A stretch of 64,000 nt of DNA from Octopus sinensis. Its lineage: Eukaryota. Positions 13,309 through 25,820 of this stretch are shown here, piece by piece (the first letter of the stretch is position 1; the number at the start of each line of letters is the position of its first letter). The notes below the pieces were generated by a model that had not been told where the DNA came from, ran no database searches, and was given only the letters and a program-made list of their open reading frames with translations. Where the stretch lies: assembly GCF_006345805.1 (NCBI RefSeq), contig NC_042999.1, forward strand, positions 154,690,001 to 154,754,000, read 5' to 3'. The translations under genes and the position numbers were made by a program.

Positions 13309-15731
13309 ACCGTTTTGACCCTGTGCTTGAGGAGACCTACTGAGTCAAGTACATCAACATAAAAAATCAATGGAAATTGTACTTGTGATTCCTGTGCTGG
13401 TGGCACGTAAAAAGCACTATCCGAACGTGGCCGTTGCCAGCCTCGCCTGGCACGTAAAAAGTACCCACTGCACTCACGGAGTGGTTGGCGTTAGGAAGAG
13501 CATCCAGCTGTAGAAACACTGCCAGATCAGACTAGGGCCTGGTGCAGCCTTCTGGCTTCCCAGATCCTGATCGAACCATCCAACCCATGCTAGCATGGAA
13601 AACAGACATTAAACGATGATGATGATGATGATGAATTTGCTTTGCGAGAGCAACTGTTTTATCAAAGGTGTATCTTGTCATGAAATGCTTAAAATACAGA
13701 TTAGAGTAGGGTGGGATCTGGCCTTTCACACTCACCCTACAGTATCATTCTAAGAATATATGATGACATCATTGAAAGCTAGAAGATAACGCATGATTAA
13801 TTCAAAACAATATGAATCAATATGAATTGCATTCGACCAAGAAATCTGAATGCTAAAGGGTGAAAGCATGGCTGGGTAACCTCATACTTCCTCTACAGCA
13901 AGACACTTGTATCTGTCTTGCTATAACCTTTCATCATCTGACACAAAATTGCCTCCTCCACTACCCCCTCACCTCTTAGTTTTTTGGGTTTTTTTGTCCT
14001 GCTAGGTACTTGGTGACCCTGTCAGTGTAGGTGCCATTTAAAAGCACTCAGTCCACACTGTAAAGTGATTGGTGTTTGGCAGGCCATCCAGCTGCAAAAT
14101 CCTTGCCAAAGCTGACCTTACTTGTGCTTGTGCCATGCAAAAAGCACTAAATTCACTCTGCTGAGTGGTTGATGTTAAGAAGGGCATCCAGTTGTAAAAA
14201 TCCTGCCAAAACTGTCACAGAAGTCTAGTGTAGGCTTCTACCTGGCTGGCCCTTGTGAAACCATCCCACCCATGTGGAAAGCTGACAAACAATGATGAGG
14301 AGGATGATGATGGTAGGAACCAATACACTTTTGCAAAGATGTGGCAATGATGGGCACCTCTTTCAGCAGGTGTTCAGAAAGCATACTATCCTCAGTGACG
14401 CATGCCTTCAGTCCATCATAAAGTTTTTCATTGTGTTTTGCCTTTCTCAGCCAATGTCTGTCTTAATATGCAACACATAACAGAGATGTTAAAAACCAAG
14501 TGATGTCTGTGCCTAATGCTTTTGAAAGTGAGAAACAGCCTTGCACAGATCCAACCCAACTCCCTTAACGTATACATATGCCCAAAAGGAAGAACTAATT
14601 TACATCATTGACCAGTGGCACGTAAAAAGCACCATCCGACCATGGCCGTTTGCCAGCCCCGTTTGGCACCTGTGCCGGTGGCATGTAAAAAGCACCCACT
14701 ACACTTGCGGAGTGGTTGGCATTAGGAAGGGCATCCAGCCGTAGAAACATAACCAGATCAGACTGGGCCTGGTGCAGCCTTCTAGCTTCCCAGACCCCAG
14801 TTGAACCGTCCAACCCATGCTAGCATGGAAAGCGAATGCTAAATGATGATGATGCAAACAGTCACAGGTGTTATATTTGAGTTTTCCTTCTTCTCGAGAA
14901 ATGCCTAAGCAAAGACAAGTTTTTCACTGCCAACTGTTGGATAGACATTGACTCTACACAGTTCAAGTGTCTTTTAAGAGGTCATGTTTTCCCTCCTGCT
15001 TGGTGTCCAATAAATCCTGCCATCCTTACTGAGCAGGCTTGCTCGTAATTCCCAATCTATAAGTATCCAAAATAACATGGATATTTCCCTACCTCATCAT
15101 CACTGATTGGACCAACAAATATCACCGTCATCATCATCATCATCATCATCATCAGTAGTAGCAGCATTTAATGTCCATGTTTTATATCAGCTGTTTGACA
15201 GGATATGATGGGTTCAAAGGCTACAGTGTGCCCCATTATCTATTTTGGTATGATTTCTATGGATGGATGCCCTTCCTAATGTCAACCACTTTACAGTAAG
15301 GACTGGGTGCCCTTTTTTTTTATGCCACCAGCAGAAGTGGGATCACCATGCAGTTTACAAGACTGTGAACCCCAAGAGGCAGCATTATGCTAGGAGAAGA
15401 GGTAATGTTAAGAGAAAGGGCCACAGGTTTCTTGAGGTGGAGGATCCGCATAGCCCCTCCCATTTTAGAAGTGAGGTTGTAGGAATGATCTAAGTAGAGC
15501 TGGGTGAAGATAAAAAATATTGGAGAGGAGGTGTCTGGGTGGACCCTCAAGATATGAGATAAGTAGAAGTGAGTGGGATAGAAGAACCAGGGGTTGTGGG
15601 TGCACTGATGTTGCTAAAGTGTAATTAATAAAAAATAATTGCAATATAATTAACTAAGAATATACTGTTGTTTAATTTATTTTTCCCTTCTCTGTTTCCA
15701 GATTTTACCATATTAGTTGTGGTTATCTAAG

Positions 15732-18473
15732 ATGACAAACAGATTTGGTGACCAAAATGGTCTCATCTTTATCTCTTCTTCTGACAACACTGTTTACCCA
15801 GTTCAGCTGATTCCAAATATGTCCTCTGAAGATAATGCTCCTGATTCTCTTACTTCTAGAGACAATGTGTTCGACAAAGTGCCAAAGCTAGAATGGACAA
15901 ATCCTCCATCAGAGATTTCTGACAATAATAAAGATCCGTACCACTCAAACTCATCTCAGACATCTTTCCAAAATAATTCCGATGAACAGTATTACAATTT
16001 TCAAACACCGAAAGAGGAATTATTTAATGTCCAAGAAATGGATTGCAGTATTGTCTTAGATGAGCAACATACTGATAATATCTTGAAGAACTCTGAAACT
16101 TCAATGTCTAAGACAAAAGTCCTTAATTGTTCAAGGTGCATGTACCAAACCAGTGACAAGAATAACATGACTAACCACATGAGGAAACATAACTCAACGT
16201 TTGTTTGTAAAATTTGCAAAACTTCCTTTTCAGTAATAACATCCTTAATTGACCACTTCAACAAGCAGCACCCGCAAGATGCCGATGATCCATCTGATTT
16301 GCAGCATTACTGTCCCATGTGTCCGTTTCAAAGTATAGAGAAACTGGAATACGATAAACACATTACTCGGCATGAAACAGCCGCGCATACATGTTCCATT
16401 TGCGGTCAGCCGTTTGCGAAACAAGTTTCAATGAAATGGCACATCAAATATAAACATGGTATAGAAGACTCTGAAGAACAACAACAACAACAACGTAGCA
16501 ATATCTCAGAAACTTCTACAACAGCAATTTCAGATCACAATAATACAATTGCAGCAAACACAGAAAAAGAATCAAAAGATTTAGATTTCCAGAACCAAAC
16601 CGCTGATATGGAAACTGATACCAAACCTTTTTTTAAACGGTTCTTTTGTTTGTATTGTCCCAAGAACTTTAGTAATAAACTGTATTTGAAATATCACTGT
16701 TGGCGCAATCATAAGGATAGATTATATAAAAGTCAATGGAAAGAAGTCCAAGATTTATTTCAACAGAACTGGAATGAGACAGATCCTACATTAATTGCCA
16801 AAAGCCTTCATGCCAAGAATAGCCCTTTTCAGTGCCCAATGTGTTCCTTCAGTTCTTCTTACAAAAGCACTGTTGACCGTCATATTAAGAAGCATAATGA
16901 AGCCAAGTATTCTTGTAATATATGTGGCATGCCCTTTACTGTGATAGGCAATTTACATCATCATAAGAAAGTTAATCATCCCGAAATATTAATTATGAAT
17001 TCACTGCCAAACAAGCGTCACAAATGTGCACTTTGCATCTATAGCACTGGCTATAAGTCTACACTTGAGCGTCACCTTAGAACACATGGAATTGCCAAGT
17101 ACCACTGTGAGTTATGCACCATGCCGTTTGTCTTCTCCGGAAGCTTTTTGACACACAGAATGTTAAAACATAAAATGTCCTCAAAAGACTTTGAAGAAAC
17201 CATTTTCACAGACAAAATAACTGATGCCAGTAGTTTAACAGCAAGCAGTGGTAAGTTCATAAAGAGGCGGAAATGCCCGTACTGCAATGCTCTGATGCCC
17301 AGTGCAAGCAAACTTAACCGGCATTTGCGCACACACAGGAACGCTGGTTATTATTGCGTTTGCTGCAGCATATTTTATACTTTGAGAAGTGAATTTGAAA
17401 ACCACATGAAAGTGCATCTAATAGCAAAAGGTTTTAATGAAGTACAGTGTATTGGTGTTACGAAAGGTACTAAAGATTTATCCAATGACACAACCGGAGA
17501 TGATGTCGACGGTTCGGGTAAGAATCACCTTGTTAATAGTGAGCAGTCTGATGTGAGAGAGTCTTCACTTTCAAATGAAATTAGCAATATGAATAATGTC
17601 ACCGAACTAGGAAATGTCGACAAGAACTGTGATATGTACAGTAATTCAAGCAATGCCAATGATAGTAGAAATCATTTAACAGCAATGGCTAAAGATGTAG
17701 TCAAGATAGACTTAACCGAACCAGTGCCGACAACTAACATCCTTCTGGAACAACAGCAAGTTCTTCAGAATGAATCACAGTCTTACCCTCCTGAATCCTA
17801 TCAGAATTCATTAAATATTAATTCTGCAAAGAAATTAATGCTTTCATCCCCAAGCCAAGAAATAACTCCTTCTTTTGATAAACCTACAACAGAAGAGAAC
17901 TTTCATCTAACACCGTCTTCTAGAAATTCTTTGGTAACATCCCAAGACAATTACACTATTGATAGACCAGCTTATGTGTCCCAGATGTCTCATGAACAAT
18001 ATTTTGAGACGGACAAGCAAGACTTTAGACTGAATTCAGATGAAGTATTATTCAACAGCCGAAAAATGTACCTCACCCCTCAACAACAAAACAATATGAA
18101 CAACTCAAACCCAGCAGAGATTCAAGCACAGAACCCTTTCTCTGAAAACAATAACGATGATATGTGTGCTTGTAAATTAACTCCACCGATCCATGGAGAT
18201 GTACTCATCAATCCTCCATTCAAGGGACGATTTGCAAAATTAGTTTCTGACTTTGATGATTTTGCATCCCGTCCATTTGCTTGTTCTCTTTGTTTTTATC
18301 GTTGCAGCATTCTCAAAGACTTATTTGATCATGTACAGAACCATTTGACTGGCTGCACTCCTGTTCCAGTTCCAAACACTGCCAAGTTCGACACACAGAA
18401 TTATATTCAAGGAATGAACATAGACCAAAATAATCAGATTCAAAATAATTCTTTAAACATTAGTTATATTTAG
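15732..18473 (+). CDS. C2H2 zinc-finger protein, 913 aa, single coding exon, 12 fingers (five doublets plus two singletons)
   Basis: Uninterrupted ORF with 12 C-x2-C-x12-H-x3/4-H motifs (e.g. CPMCSFSSSYKSTVDRHIKKH, CNICGMPFTVIGNLHHHKKVNH). A pyrimidine-tract acceptor (ttttcccttctctgtttccag) ends at 15701. In-frame TAG at 15714-15716 makes ATG 15732 the likely start rather than the TTG used by the ORF track. AATAAA motifs follow at about 18520-18585. Confidence 0.93.
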   Translation: MTNRFGDQNGLIFISSSDNTVYPVQLIPNMSSEDNAPDSLTSRDNVFDKVPKLEWTNPPSEISDNNKDPYHSNSSQTSFQNNSDEQYYNFQTPKEELFNVQEMDCSIVLDEQHTDNILKNSETSMSKTKVLNCSRCMYQTSDKNNMTNHMRKHNSTFVCKICKTSFSVITSLIDHFNKQHPQDADDPSDLQHYCPMCPFQSIEKLEYDKHITRHETAAHTCSICGQPFAKQVSMKWHIKYKHGIEDSEEQQQQQRSNISETSTTAISDHNNTIAANTEKESKDLDFQNQTADMETDTKPFFKRFFCLYCPKNFSNKLYLKYHCWRNHKDRLYKSQWKEVQDLFQQNWNETDPTLIAKSLHAKNSPFQCPMCSFSSSYKSTVDRHIKKHNEAKYSCNICGMPFTVIGNLHHHKKVNHPEILIMNSLPNKRHKCALCIYSTGYKSTLERHLRTHGIAKYHCELCTMPFVFSGSFLTHRMLKHKMSSKDFEETIFTDKITDASSLTASSGKFIKRRKCPYCNALMPSASKLNRHLRTHRNAGYYCVCCSIFYTLRSEFENHMKVHLIAKGFNEVQCIGVTKGTKDLSNDTTGDDVDGSGKNHLVNSEQSDVRESSLSNEISNMNNVTELGNVDKNCDMYSNSSNANDSRNHLTAMAKDVVKIDLTEPVPTTNILLEQQQVLQNESQSYPPESYQNSLNINSAKKLMLSSPSQEITPSFDKPTTEENFHLTPSSRNSLVTSQDNYTIDRPAYVSQMSHEQYFETDKQDFRLNSDEVLFNSRKMYLTPQQQNNMNNSNPAEIQAQNPFSENNNDDMCACKLTPPIHGDVLINPPFKGRFAKLVSDFDDFASRPFACSLCFYRCSILKDLFDHVQNHLTGCTPVPVPNTAKFDTQNYIQGMNIDQNNQIQNNSLNISYI

Positions 18474-18805
18474 CTAAAAAAAAAACAAAAAAAAAACAAA
18501 CAGTAAAAGAAAAGCATTTAAATAAACAGAGAACTGTATTTTACTTTCTCTTCTTTGAAGAAAAGAAGAAATAAATGAGAATAAAAACCATTTTTATTGT
18601 CTTGACAGATTGAAAAATTGTAACCATTACAATGAACTACAACTTGCTTGTTGTACAAGTGTGGCTTAGTGGTTCACAAGTTTCCTTAACAACCACATGG
18701 TTTTAAGTTCAATCCTTTTGCATGGTACCTTGGACAGGTACTTTCCTGCTCTAACCCCAAAGCTTTTTGAGTATATTTGAGAGACAGACAATGAGAAAAA
18801 CCCAT

Positions 18806-18842
<37 letters not shown>

Positions 18843-19116
18843 TGTGGAGGCACGTAGCTTAGTTGTTAGGGTGTCAGCATCATGATCGTAAGATTGTGGT
18901 TTCGATTCCTGGATCGGGCGATGCGTTGTGTTCTTGAACAAAACACTTCATTTCACGTTGCTCCAGTCCACTCAGCAGGTAGAAATGAGTAACGCTGTGA
19001 TGGACTGGCGTCCCATCCAGCTGGGGAACACATATGCCATAGAAACCGGGAAACCGGGCCCATGAGCCTGGCTAGGCTTTAAAAAATGCGTATTTATTAT
19101 TATTTTATATATATAT

Positions 19117-19530
19117 CATCATCATTGTCATCATTTAACGTCTGTTCACGCTGGCATGGGTTACACAGTTTGATGTGCTGATAAACTGGAGAGCTGCACC
19201 AGGCCTCAGTCGTCTGTTTGGCTTGCTTTCTATGGTTGGATGCCCTTCATAATGCTAATTACTTAACAGAGTGATATGTCTTCTCAAGGAAAGAAAATCT
19301 CCAAAAGTCTCAGTGACTTGTCATTGCCTCTGTGAAGCTTAACAACCGAAGATCATATTTCACCACCTCATTCCATATCTCCCTGGGTCTACCTCTTCTA
19401 CATATTCCCTCCACACTTAGAGATCGATACTTCTGTACGCAGCTGTCCTCATTCATTTGCATCACATGACCATACCAGTGCAGCCCTCTCTCTTGCACAC
19501 GACATCTGATGCCCCTTAGACCCACTTTTT
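19117..19530 (-). mobile_element. RTE LINE 3' fragment
   Basis: GLHWYGHVMQM...RGRPREIW followed by a tail-type sequence. Confidence 0.8.
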
Positions 19531-20819
19531 CTCTTAATACACTTACGTTCTGTTGTACATGTGCACTGGCATTTCACAGGTTGGCTTTCAAGCTTTTGCA
19601 TGCCAACACTTCCCCCTCCCCCACCACCCCACCCTATATAAAACTAGTGCACGCACTTGGATTCCCCTACTCCATTTTAATAATTCCACCGAAAAAATAC
19701 TAATCTAGAAGATGCTCAGATAAGAAATTTTTATTTTCCCAACCTCGTACATCATCATCATCGTTTAACGTCCACTTTCCATGCTAGCATGGGTTGGACG
19801 ATTTGACTGATGGCTGCACCAGGCTCCAATCTTGATCTGGCAGAGTTTCTACAGCTGGATGCCCTTCTTAACGCCAACCACCAGCAAGGGGGCCAGTCAG
19901 GCAGTACAGGCAACGACCTCGCTTGAATCTTTTTGCACATGCCACCAGCACAGGTGCCTGTAAGGCGATACTGGTAACGATCACGCTCGAATGGTGCCTT
20001 TTATGTGCCACCGGCACGGAAGCCAGTTAGCTGCTCTGGCAACGATCACACTCGGATGGTACTCTTAGCACCCTACTAGCACAGGGCTCAACATCTACTC
20101 CTCTATTTCTGCACAGATCATAAACCCCTTATTAGTTCTTTTCGTTATTCTATCTATTTCATTACCATGTAAACATAGTTTCGTCTTCCTCGCTCTTGTC
20201 TTAAGATGAACTTAAGTTCCTTCATGCACATCCGCTATTCGTCACCTATTTATTTATTCAAGTTTGTCACAACGTCACTTATTTCTGTAATTTTGTCACA
20301 GATTGGCTGACTGAAAATTCTAACATTTTTCAATTCTATTTCACTATTATCAGCATTTGCTGTTTCATTAAATTATGTTACCCAAAATCCCAAAAGAATT
20401 TTTTTTTCTCAACGTGTTCTATCCCTGACCACCCTAACTCTGGCCCCTTCTCTCTCTGCCTCACTCTGTCTCTCTGTTTCAATTACCACTTGCTTCACCA
20501 ACACTTCCCCCTCCTCTACCACTCCACCCTATATAAACTAGCGCATGCACTCGGATTCCCCTACTCCATTTTAATAACTCCCCCGAAAGAATAGGAATCC
20601 AGAAGATGCTCTTGTCTAATTTTGCGCTTCCCTATTCTCTGTCATCCTTTGGTTGTCTCCCATAAACACTTCTAACGGTTTAATGCCATCCCCACCCCTA
20701 CTTAAGGTTTATCTCTTATGTAAGGTAGTGATCATATAGTGCATAAAAATGATGACGTAGTGTATACAGGTTGAAGGCTATTGTTTGTTTATGAATTCTT
20801 CCAAATGCGAGCCTTCTTT

Positions 20820-23815
20820 TCAGGTACATGACGCTGCTGCCCCATCCCAGGGTCTCATGGGCCCACACCCTCAGAGTTGGCACACTGAAAGGTAGGTCTG
20901 GTGAGATTGTTGAGATGCTTGAATGGAGACATGTAGATTTGTGCTACCTCCAAGAAGTAAGGTGGAGAGGTGGTTCTGCTAGGCTCCTCACAGGTACAAG
21001 ATTTTCTGAGCAGGGAACACTGATGGGGTCAGGGGCGTGGGTATACTTCTTGCACAGAAATGGGTTGATAAGGTAATCAGAGTATGCAATAGAATACTTA
21101 AGATTAGATTAGTGCTACATCATGGGTTAGCAACCATTATCTCAGCCTATGCCCCTCAGCTGGGGCTACCTGATGGACTGAAAGACCAATTTGCAGACTA
21201 CCTCATTGACAAATGACTGACCTCTTTGTGGCTGGTGACTTCAATGGACATGCAGGGAGCTTCCATGGCATACATGGAGGCTATGGTTTTGGTTCACGCA
21301 ATGAGGAGGGAACCAGGCTGATGGCATTCTGTGATGCAAATGATCTTATGGTTTGCAATACTAACTTAAGGAAACCTGCCAGTCGCCTACTGTTCTGGCA
21401 GACACAGTAGCTAAATTAACTACATCCTCACCAGAAAAAGAGAAAGACGGCTGCTTATAAATGCCAAAACCTTCCCAGGCCAAAGAATGTACCCACAACA
21501 TAGATTAGTAGTTAGTGATTTCACTGCTGAGGGCCCACTGACCAGATTGTGGATGGTGCAAAGTCCCCTCTCGAACAAGTTAATGTGGTGGTGGAACAAT
21601 GTTGTTGACAGGGCTATTAGGGAAAATAAAAAGTCTTGGAAGAACGGTGGTAGCAGGGAATTGTATCAGACTGCCAGAAGGGAAGCTAGGAGGATCATAG
21701 CCCAACTGATAAGGGAGAGAGTCAGTCTAGATGAGATGCAGTTTGGGTTCATGCCAGGGAAAAGCACCACAGATGCTATATTTCTGGTAAGACAGCTGCA
21801 AGAGAAATACCTAGCCAAAGATAAACTTCTGTGCCTGGCTTTCGTTGACATGGAGGAAAGCTTTGACAGGGAACCCCGATCCCTTATCTGGTGGTCAATG
21901 AGGAAACTAGGTATAGATGAGTGGTTAGTGAGAGCTGTGCAAGCCATGTACAGGGATACTGTCAGTAAGGTGAGGGTTGACAACGAGTACAGTGAAGAAT
22001 TCCGAGTAGGAGTAGTGGGGTCCACCAAGGATCAGTCCTCATCCCCCTCCTATTTATGATAGTCCTCCAGGCAATAACAGAGGAATTCAAGACAGGATGA
22101 CCCTGGGAGCTCCTCTATGCTGATGATTTTACTCTAATTGCCAAGTCGCTATCAGAACTTGAGGAAAAATTTCAGGTGTGGAAGCAAGAATTAGAATCGA
22201 AAGGCCTTAGAGTCAACCTAGCTAAAACCAAAGTCTTAATAAGTAGGAAGGCAGACAAACCACAAATCCCTTCAGGTAGATGGGCCTGCTTGATCTGTAG
22301 AAAAGGCATAGGTAGAAACTCCATAGGATGTATCCAGAGTAAGCTATGGACACATAAGGGGTGCAGCAATATCAAAGGGAGGCTAACTGGGAAGATAGTT
22401 TTTGTATGTGGCAAATGCTAAGGTGCTATAGACAATGAAAATGTGCAGAGAACAGCTTCTGTTACATTCCAGGGAGAAAAACTACAAGTAGTTGATAGCT
22501 TCCATTACCTGGGGGACCAAGTCAGTAGTGGGGGTAGATGCTCTGAAAGTGTAACTGTTAGAATAAGAATAGCCTGGACAAAATTCAGAGAGTCCTACCT
22601 CTGCTGGTGACAAAAAGCCTCTCGCTCAGAGTAAAAGGTAGACTGTATGATGCATGTGTACGAACAGCCATGCTACATGGCAGTGAAATATGGGCCGTGA
22701 CTGCTGAGGACATGCATAATCTTGCAAGGAATGAAGCCAGTATGCTCCGCTAGATGTGTAATGTCAGTGTGCATACATGACAGTGTAAGCGCCCTGAAAG
22801 AAAAGTTGGACCTAAGAAGCATCAGATGAGGTGTGCAAGACAGACGACTGCACTGGTATGGTAATGTGTTGTGAATGAATGAGGACATCTGTGTGAAAAA
22901 ATGTCACATCCTAGCAGTTGACGGAACCTGTGGAAGAGGTAGACCCAAGAAAACCTGGGATGAGGTGGTGAAGCATGACCATCAAACATTGGGCCTTAAC
23001 GAGGCAATGACTAGTGACTGAGACCTTTGGAGATATGCTGTGCTTGAGGAGACCCGACAAGCCAAGTGAGCCCATGGCCTATGCCAGTGGATGTTACCAG
23101 CCCACTTTTGAATACCTCTCATTCATTAGCAATAAACTTTGCTTGCGAAGACCTATCGAGGCAAGTGAAATCAAAATCGCTAATATGGCCAAAGACAGTA
23201 CTGCTTGATTAGCACTCGTGCCAGTGGAACGTTAAAAGCACATCCAAACATGGGTATAACCAGCCCACTTATGAGTACCCCTCATTCATTGGACAATGAA
23301 ATTTGCTTGCCAAGACCTATTGAGACAAGTGTAAACAAAGCAAAATCCCTGACATGGCCGATGACAGTACCGCCTGAATGGCACTCGGGCCAGTGAAATG
23401 TTAAAAGCACATCCGAGCGTGATCGTTGTCAGGGCCACGGATTGGCTCCTGTGCCGGTGATACGTGAAAAGCACCATTTGAGTGTGATCGTTGCCAGTGT
23501 TGCCCTACTGGCACGTGAAAAACGACATTCAAGCATGGTCATTGCCAGTGCCACTGGACTGGCCCCTATGCAGGTAGCACGTAAAAACACCTTTGAGCAT
23601 GGTCGTTTGCAGGACCGCCTGACTAGCCCTCATGCCAGTGGCACATAAAAGCACCCGCTACACTCTCAGAGTGGTTGGCATTAGGAAGGGCATCTAGCTG
23701 TAGAAACTTTACCAGATCAGATTGAGCCTGGTGCAGCCTCTGGCTCACCAGTCCTCTGTCAAACTGTCCAACCCATGCCAGCATGGAAAACGGACGTTAA
23801 ACGATGATGATGACA
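20820..23815 (+). mobile_element. Near full-length decayed RTE-clade LINE (APE endonuclease, RT, Cys/His finger, long 3'UTR, (GAT)n tail)
   Basis: Fragments TLRVGTLKGRSGEIVEML..LQEVRWRG, VAGDFNGH, QFGFMPGKSTTDAIFLVRQLQEKY, AFVDMEE, LLYADD, LRVNLAKTK. Many stops and frameshifts. Continuous with the 3'UTR ending ggacgttaaacgatgatg. Confidence 0.9.
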
Positions 23816-24169
23816 TCATCATCATCATCATCATCAACGTTTAACGTCCACTTTCTATGCTGGCATGGGTTGGACGGTTTGACTGGGGACTGGCAAACCA
23901 AGAGGCTGCACCAGGTTCCAATCTGATCTGGCAAGGTTTCTACAGCTGGATGCCCTTCCTAATGCCAACCAGTCCAAGAGTGTAGTGGGTGCTTTTATGT
24001 GTCACTGGCATATGGAGCCAGTCAGGTGGTACTGGTATCAGCCACGTTGGATAGTGCTTTTTACGTGCCACCAGCACATACAAAAGAAAAAGGCCCTCAA
24101 CACATTTTGTGGAGTTACATATATTATTATTTAAACAGTTTGATTCGACTTTGAAAGTTTTGCAGGCTT

Positions 24170-24650
24170 CTAACAGAAACCGAGCTCATTCAGGCTCAGA
24201 TTATGGAATCAGACTGTTAAAAATAACTTGAACTCGAGACATTGATGATGAAAACTCCGAGTTGGCAGACACCCATAAAATTATCAACAATCGCACAAAC
24301 AATAACACGAGCACCTCTTAAACCTCACCCATAGAACAACGTGGACATTATTTACAAGTAAGAAAACAGCACAGCTACATGACTTAAGGAGGAAACATTT
24401 TTCAGCTAGAGTGCTTGAAGCGTGGAACAAATGCCGGCATCGTTGGTTAGTTGTGTGGAGCACGGCATCCTTCAAGACGCCATGTTCTGAGATTCGCAAA
24501 CACTTACACTGATTTTCTCCCTCTAACACACAAGCATGTCACTTCCCGAACATTTCTACATCTGCAGTACTTATATTCACACTTTATGAAAGTTGGTGGT
24601 GCACACGGAGCACTGTATAAAATAATTTCATGATTATTATTATATAAATC
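24170..24650 (+). mobile_element. CR1/L2-like LINE 3' end
   Basis: Frameshifted RGH..K...RKHF.ARV..WN-like C-terminus, then tail gtggtgcac..gagcactgtata.aataatttcat. The same tail occurs reversed near 9785-9860. Confidence 0.6.
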
Positions 24651-24667
24651 ATTAATAAAAATATATT

Positions 24668-25240
24668 TATTAGGTCATCCCATAAATAATGTGGTTTTTC
24701 TCAATTGCATGAACTAAAAGTGGAAGGGAGAGATGGGATAAAAAACTACCTGCATCAACTTGCTATAAAAAGCAGTAATAATTTTATTCGTCCTTATCTA
24801 GTGCAAGTCTTGAAGAGTGCAGTTAGATTTGAACTGTTATTTTTTTCAAAGCTATAAGGAAGGGACTAGGACGCCTATTGCTTATGTTGTTCAATAAAGG
24901 TAAGAGCAGAGAAAAGTGTGAGGAATATTAAGTGCAGTATATGGGGATCAGACCGTAAATATAAAGCCAATGTCGACAGTGGTTCCGAAGAAATTCCAAG
25001 TCATATAAGCCAATGTTGACAGTGGTTCCAGAAATTCCAAGTCAGAAACTAGAGAAATTCAGAGCCAGTTGAGCACACATTCACTCTCTCTCCATGCATG
25101 CAAAGAGTGAATGTGTGCTCTTCTTTGCTGTCACGTCTCACGAATGAACATTTTTTGGATCGAATAGTAACTGGTGATGAGAAATGGGTTCTCTATAAAA
25201 ATGTCAAGCACTGAAGTCAGTGGGTAGGGAAAGGAGAAAC
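24668..25240 (+). mobile_element. Internally deleted mariner relic, same family as 2886-3800
   Basis: TA plus TTAGGTCATCCCATAAATAATGTGG TIR; a later fragment reads FLDRIVTGDEKWVLYKNVK and aligns by eye to the reverse complement of 3470-3590. Confidence 0.8.
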
Positions 25241-25600
25241 ACTGGCAGACACATGGAGAGATAACCCAATTTTTTAATGGGGGCAAAATAACCAAAAGGT
25301 ACCCTTAGCTGTTTGGCAATGAGACTGACAAAATTAGTACCAGACTTTAAGGGAAAAAAAGTACTGCGATGGTTTTTTTTCGGTGAAACTGTAAAAAACA
25401 AAATTACCAATTACAATTTTTCGTGCTAGAGACATTCTCTAGCGTGAAAATGTCTCTAGACATTCAAAGCATCATTCTCTAGGAATGCCGCTTTGGGGTG
25501 ACAAATGCCTCAGCTAGAAAACTGTAAAAGCAGTCCTTTATGAATAAAATTTTTTACAGGATTCGTTCTGCACCAAGTTCCAGACTCCATCGACTCTCTC

Positions 25601-25820
25601 ATTTCTGTATTGCCCACAAGGGGCTAAACATAGAGGGGACAGACAAAGGGATTCAGTCGATTACATCGACCCAGTGCGTAACTGGTACTTAATTTATTGA
25701 CCCCGAAAGGATGAAAGGCAAAGTCGACCACGGTGGAATTTGAACCCAGAACGTAACGTCAGACGAAATACCGCTAAGCATTTCGCCCGGCGTGCTAACA
25801 TTTCTGCCAGCTCGCCGCCT
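25601..25820 (-). mobile_element. tRNA-derived SINE family B. Other copies at 30458-30678, 35480-36005 (tandem), 45760-45970, 47430-47580.
   Basis: Head ggcggcgagctggcagaa...gttcaaattcc followed by the core tcgactttgcctttcatcctttcggggtcg, which resembles a widely conserved SINE central domain (from recollection). Confidence 0.85.

Noticed and set aside
15717-15731. TTG start of the zinc-finger ORF as given in the track
   Set aside because: Eukaryotic context; the first ATG is at 15732.
20160-20232. Hammerhead-like relic on - (ATGTG-CATGAAGG...GAAAC-TAT-GTT-TACAT)
   Set aside because: The core is corrupted and stem II is unsupported.
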